Assembly (NCBI GenBank): GCA_965645245.1
Contig: OZ287079.1
Location: 620,001-684,000 of the forward strand
Source of the DNA: Massalongia carnosa
Taxonomy: Eukaryota
DNA: 64,000 bases
Reading direction: 5' to 3'
A program made the translations under genes and the position numbers. Below, one piece after another: positions 61,275 through 64,000 of the stretch (its first letter is position 1; every line of letters starts with the position of its first letter). Under the pieces are notes generated by a model, which worked only from the letters and a program-made list of their open reading frames with translations, ran no database searches and was not told the origin of the DNA.

Positions 61275-61385
61275 GGGGTTTTCTATGTGGCGCCGAGGGG
61301 AATTTTCTATGTTGGCACCGGGGGTAATTTTTCTATGTTGGCGCCGGAGGAAATTTTATATGCTGGCACCGGGGGGGGGGTTTTC
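61275..61385 (+). repeat. Subterminal tandem repeat of the MULE, about 25 bp x4
   Basis: TTTTCTATGTTGGC(G/A)CCGGGGG units. Confidence 0.85.
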
Positions 61386-61758
61386 TCCATCTAAGCAGCG
61401 AGAAATTTACTATACTTATGTGGGGTTGAATAGTGTATGTTCATTGAACATAAGCCAGGTGCTGTAAGTAAGCAAATGGGGCTGACTAATGGTGCTGCGG
61501 GAGCTACGTGGTATGAAAAATAGAAAACGTCTGAGATAGAAGCTCCCGTTACCCGGCATCCACACATCGACCAGCCAAGAAACTAGCGTTGTCCAATGCT
61601 TCCAACTTTAAACAGCAAGACAACATGGAGTCTCCCAACCTACGAGTATGCTCTGACCACAGTTACATCCAGTTACCATGTTGTTGTCGCCTTTGTAAAC
61701 CTTCAGCGTCTTTCATACCTATGACTGACGCTCAATTGACTCACTGACGGCTGCAATC

Positions 61759-63926
61759 ATGGTTCAATGGAAGAAACTCTTTAATATTGGCGAGCAGGAC
61801 CACCACCATCTCCGCGACGAGATGAGAAGCCGTGAGCTCCAATCCTACCTTTTTCTCCAAATTCCCACTCATCGTCTCCTAAAAACATGGAAATTCAGCT
61901 AACACGTCTTTCTCACAATCCAGTCCTCCCCTCCAACCGTCATGACCTGGTAGAATCTGCCATTCCCCCCGCTGAGGTGACGAAAGTAGCCCTGCGTCTC
62001 AAATACCAGATTGAGCAGGTGGTCTCGTGCGAGATGGAGGTATCGAAGGTCACGCGTGCCAATAGCCCTGTCATTACGCGCAAGGTGATCCGCACGGCGA
62101 AAGAGGCGGGCGGGGAGGAGCACAGGGCGTGCGTGGTGTACTGCTTACTGGTGTGCCATCGTTGGTTCCGGCGACAGGCGATGCTGGAGCTATGGGACGC
62201 GGATTTACATAATCTAAGGGCGGTGGCGTGCGAGGTGCTTGCGAAGCAAATGTTTGTACAACCCTTTGCCTCCTAAGCTTCTTAAACCCCTTCAGGGCCT
62301 CCCCCGCAAAACCAACCAGCTGCTAATTCTCCAAAAAGTATCGAACTCGAACCTGACCAAGACTTCCTTCTCTCCTCTCTCCTCCTCAAACGTTACTCCA
62401 TCCTTGTGGGCTCCCACCCCACCAAACCCACTAACGTGGTTGAACGCGCCGTTGACCTCCATGCCCTACGCGTTATTGGCTCCGCCGGCTACCAGAAATG
62501 CATTTCGCATCTCTGGCGCGGCTGGCTCGTGCAAGATGAAGCCGATTCAGCCAGCTTTGTTCCCTGGAGGGGCAAGGCTAAAACTGACTACTGGGCGCAC
62601 TTCGACCCAAACCGCATGCGCTGCCCGCGATACCAGAATGCGGTACAGGTCTTCTTTAGCGTGCTCTTTTTGGCGCTTTACACGGGCGCTATCAATACGA
62701 TTAATCGTAAGGGAGATTTGGATGTTGTGGAGGGGGTGTTATACGCGATGACGTTAGGATTCATGTGTGATGAAATAGCAAAATTCTGGAAAGTCGGCCG
62801 GTACTACGTGGGCTTCTGGAACGTGTTCAATAGTACTCTGTACGTATTGCTAAGTGTATCCTTTGTCACGCGGATGATTGCTCTAGGCCACCCGGCCGGG
62901 GAGAGAGAAAGGCGACGCTTCAACGAACTGAGCTATAATTTTCTCGCCTTCAGCGCGCCAATGTTCTGGATGCGGCTGCTGCTGTACCTAGACACGTTTC
63001 GGTTCTTCGGCGCTATGCTCGTGGTGCTGAAGGTCATGATGAAGGAGTCGTTGATATTTTTCGCGCTGCTGATCATTGTTATGGTGGGATTCCTGCAAGC
63101 GTTCATCGGCATGGACCAAGTAGACGATGATGCGCAGGTGACGAGTTTCATTTTACAGGCCATGGCCAACAGCGTAATGCAATCGCCAGATTTCACCGGG
63201 TTCGAGAAGTTTGCGCCGCCGTTTGGGATTATCTTGTATTATATCTTTACGTTTGTTGTTATGGTTGGTGAGTCAATCCCGTTAGATTTTTTGAAAGATG
63301 AGGACCTTTCGCCGGAAGCTGATCAGCGTAACAGTGCTGCTAAATATCCTCATTGCGCTATACAACAGCGCGTATGAAGATATTACCGAAAATGCCATTG
63401 ATGAATACATGGCTTTATTCTCGCAGAAAACCATGCAATTTGTCCGAGCTCCCGACGAAAATGTCTTCATCGCTCGTAAGCACGCACGAGAAGTTCATCT
63501 GTAACGAACCGAGGCAGGAAGCTAACAAAATTGGCAGCATTCAACCTGATTGAAATCTTCTGCCTGATACTACCTTTTGAATGGTGGATGTCGACCGCGC
63601 GCTATGAGCGTCTTAATAACCTGGTCATGGGCATCATCTACTCCCCCCTCCTCCTCATCACTGCCTACATCGAAACCAAACAAGCACACGTAGTCAAGGG
63701 CAACCGGTCACGCCACGAGCAGGACGACGACACCGTCGAGGAATGGGAGCAGATGCAATCGGATGTCGATTTTGAGGGGGAGGGCTGGGCGAAAAGAGTC
63801 GAGGCGACCAAGCCGAACATTGAGACGGACGCGGCGGTGTTGGAGGTCAGGGAGCTGAAGACGCAGGTCTCGGAGCTGAGGAAATTGGTGGAGGCGTGGA
63901 AGGGCGAGGTGAATGGCGGATCGTAA
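61759..63926 (+). CDS. YVC1: Vacuolar TRP cation channel
   Basis: VALRLKYQIEQV, ERAVDLHAL, R.PRYQN, LLNILIALYNSAY, RAPDENVFIA.FNLIE; multi-exon. Confidence 0.93.
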
Positions 63927-64000
63927 ATGATTGTACGATTGCGTTCTTGCATGCATCTTCGTAAACATGCCAATCTAGTGTCGGAAATTGCTATTCCGCT

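Larger units (their letters stand above)
58894..61547 (+). mobile_element. Mutator-like (MULE) DNA transposon, defective
   Basis: About 80 bp imperfect TIRs beginning GGGA(G)CTTCTA; 9 bp TSD GTTACCCGG (58885-58893, 61548-61556); transposase remnants LMDSTHNTN, ITDDSAAE, SWIM-like CLFYRQYQLPCRH. Confidence 0.92.

Overview
Eukaryotic DNA from a filamentous ascomycete (Pezizomycotina-type genes with short GT-AG introns). Housekeeping genes (FSH1-type hydrolase, bli-3, RraA-like, PRS1, phospholipase D, SEC7, LAT1, mitochondrial carrier, GTT3-like, eIF2-alpha, YVC1) are interspersed with three nests of transposable elements. (1) 3090-17238: a piggyBac relic was hit by an intact Tc1-type element and by a Ty1/copia element, and that copia was hit by an intact Tad1-like LINE. 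The truncated copia is now fused to an oppositely oriented near-complete copia, giving an 11.6 kb block with about 1.05 kb inverted termini; that copia's gag and pol are separated by one in-frame UGA. (2) 40430-46140: an LTR-less copia fragment carrying a pogo/Fot1 element, bracketed by unexplained hairpin-rich inverted repeats between divergent SEC7 and LAT1. (3) 58894-61547: a dead Mutator element with a solo LTR inside. Other notable items are a 53-aa Cys-rich microprotein ORF alone in an 8.6 kb gene desert, a 91 bp double-palindrome mini-element and 9-10 nt microexons. All calls come from reading the sequence by eye; no database searches were run.
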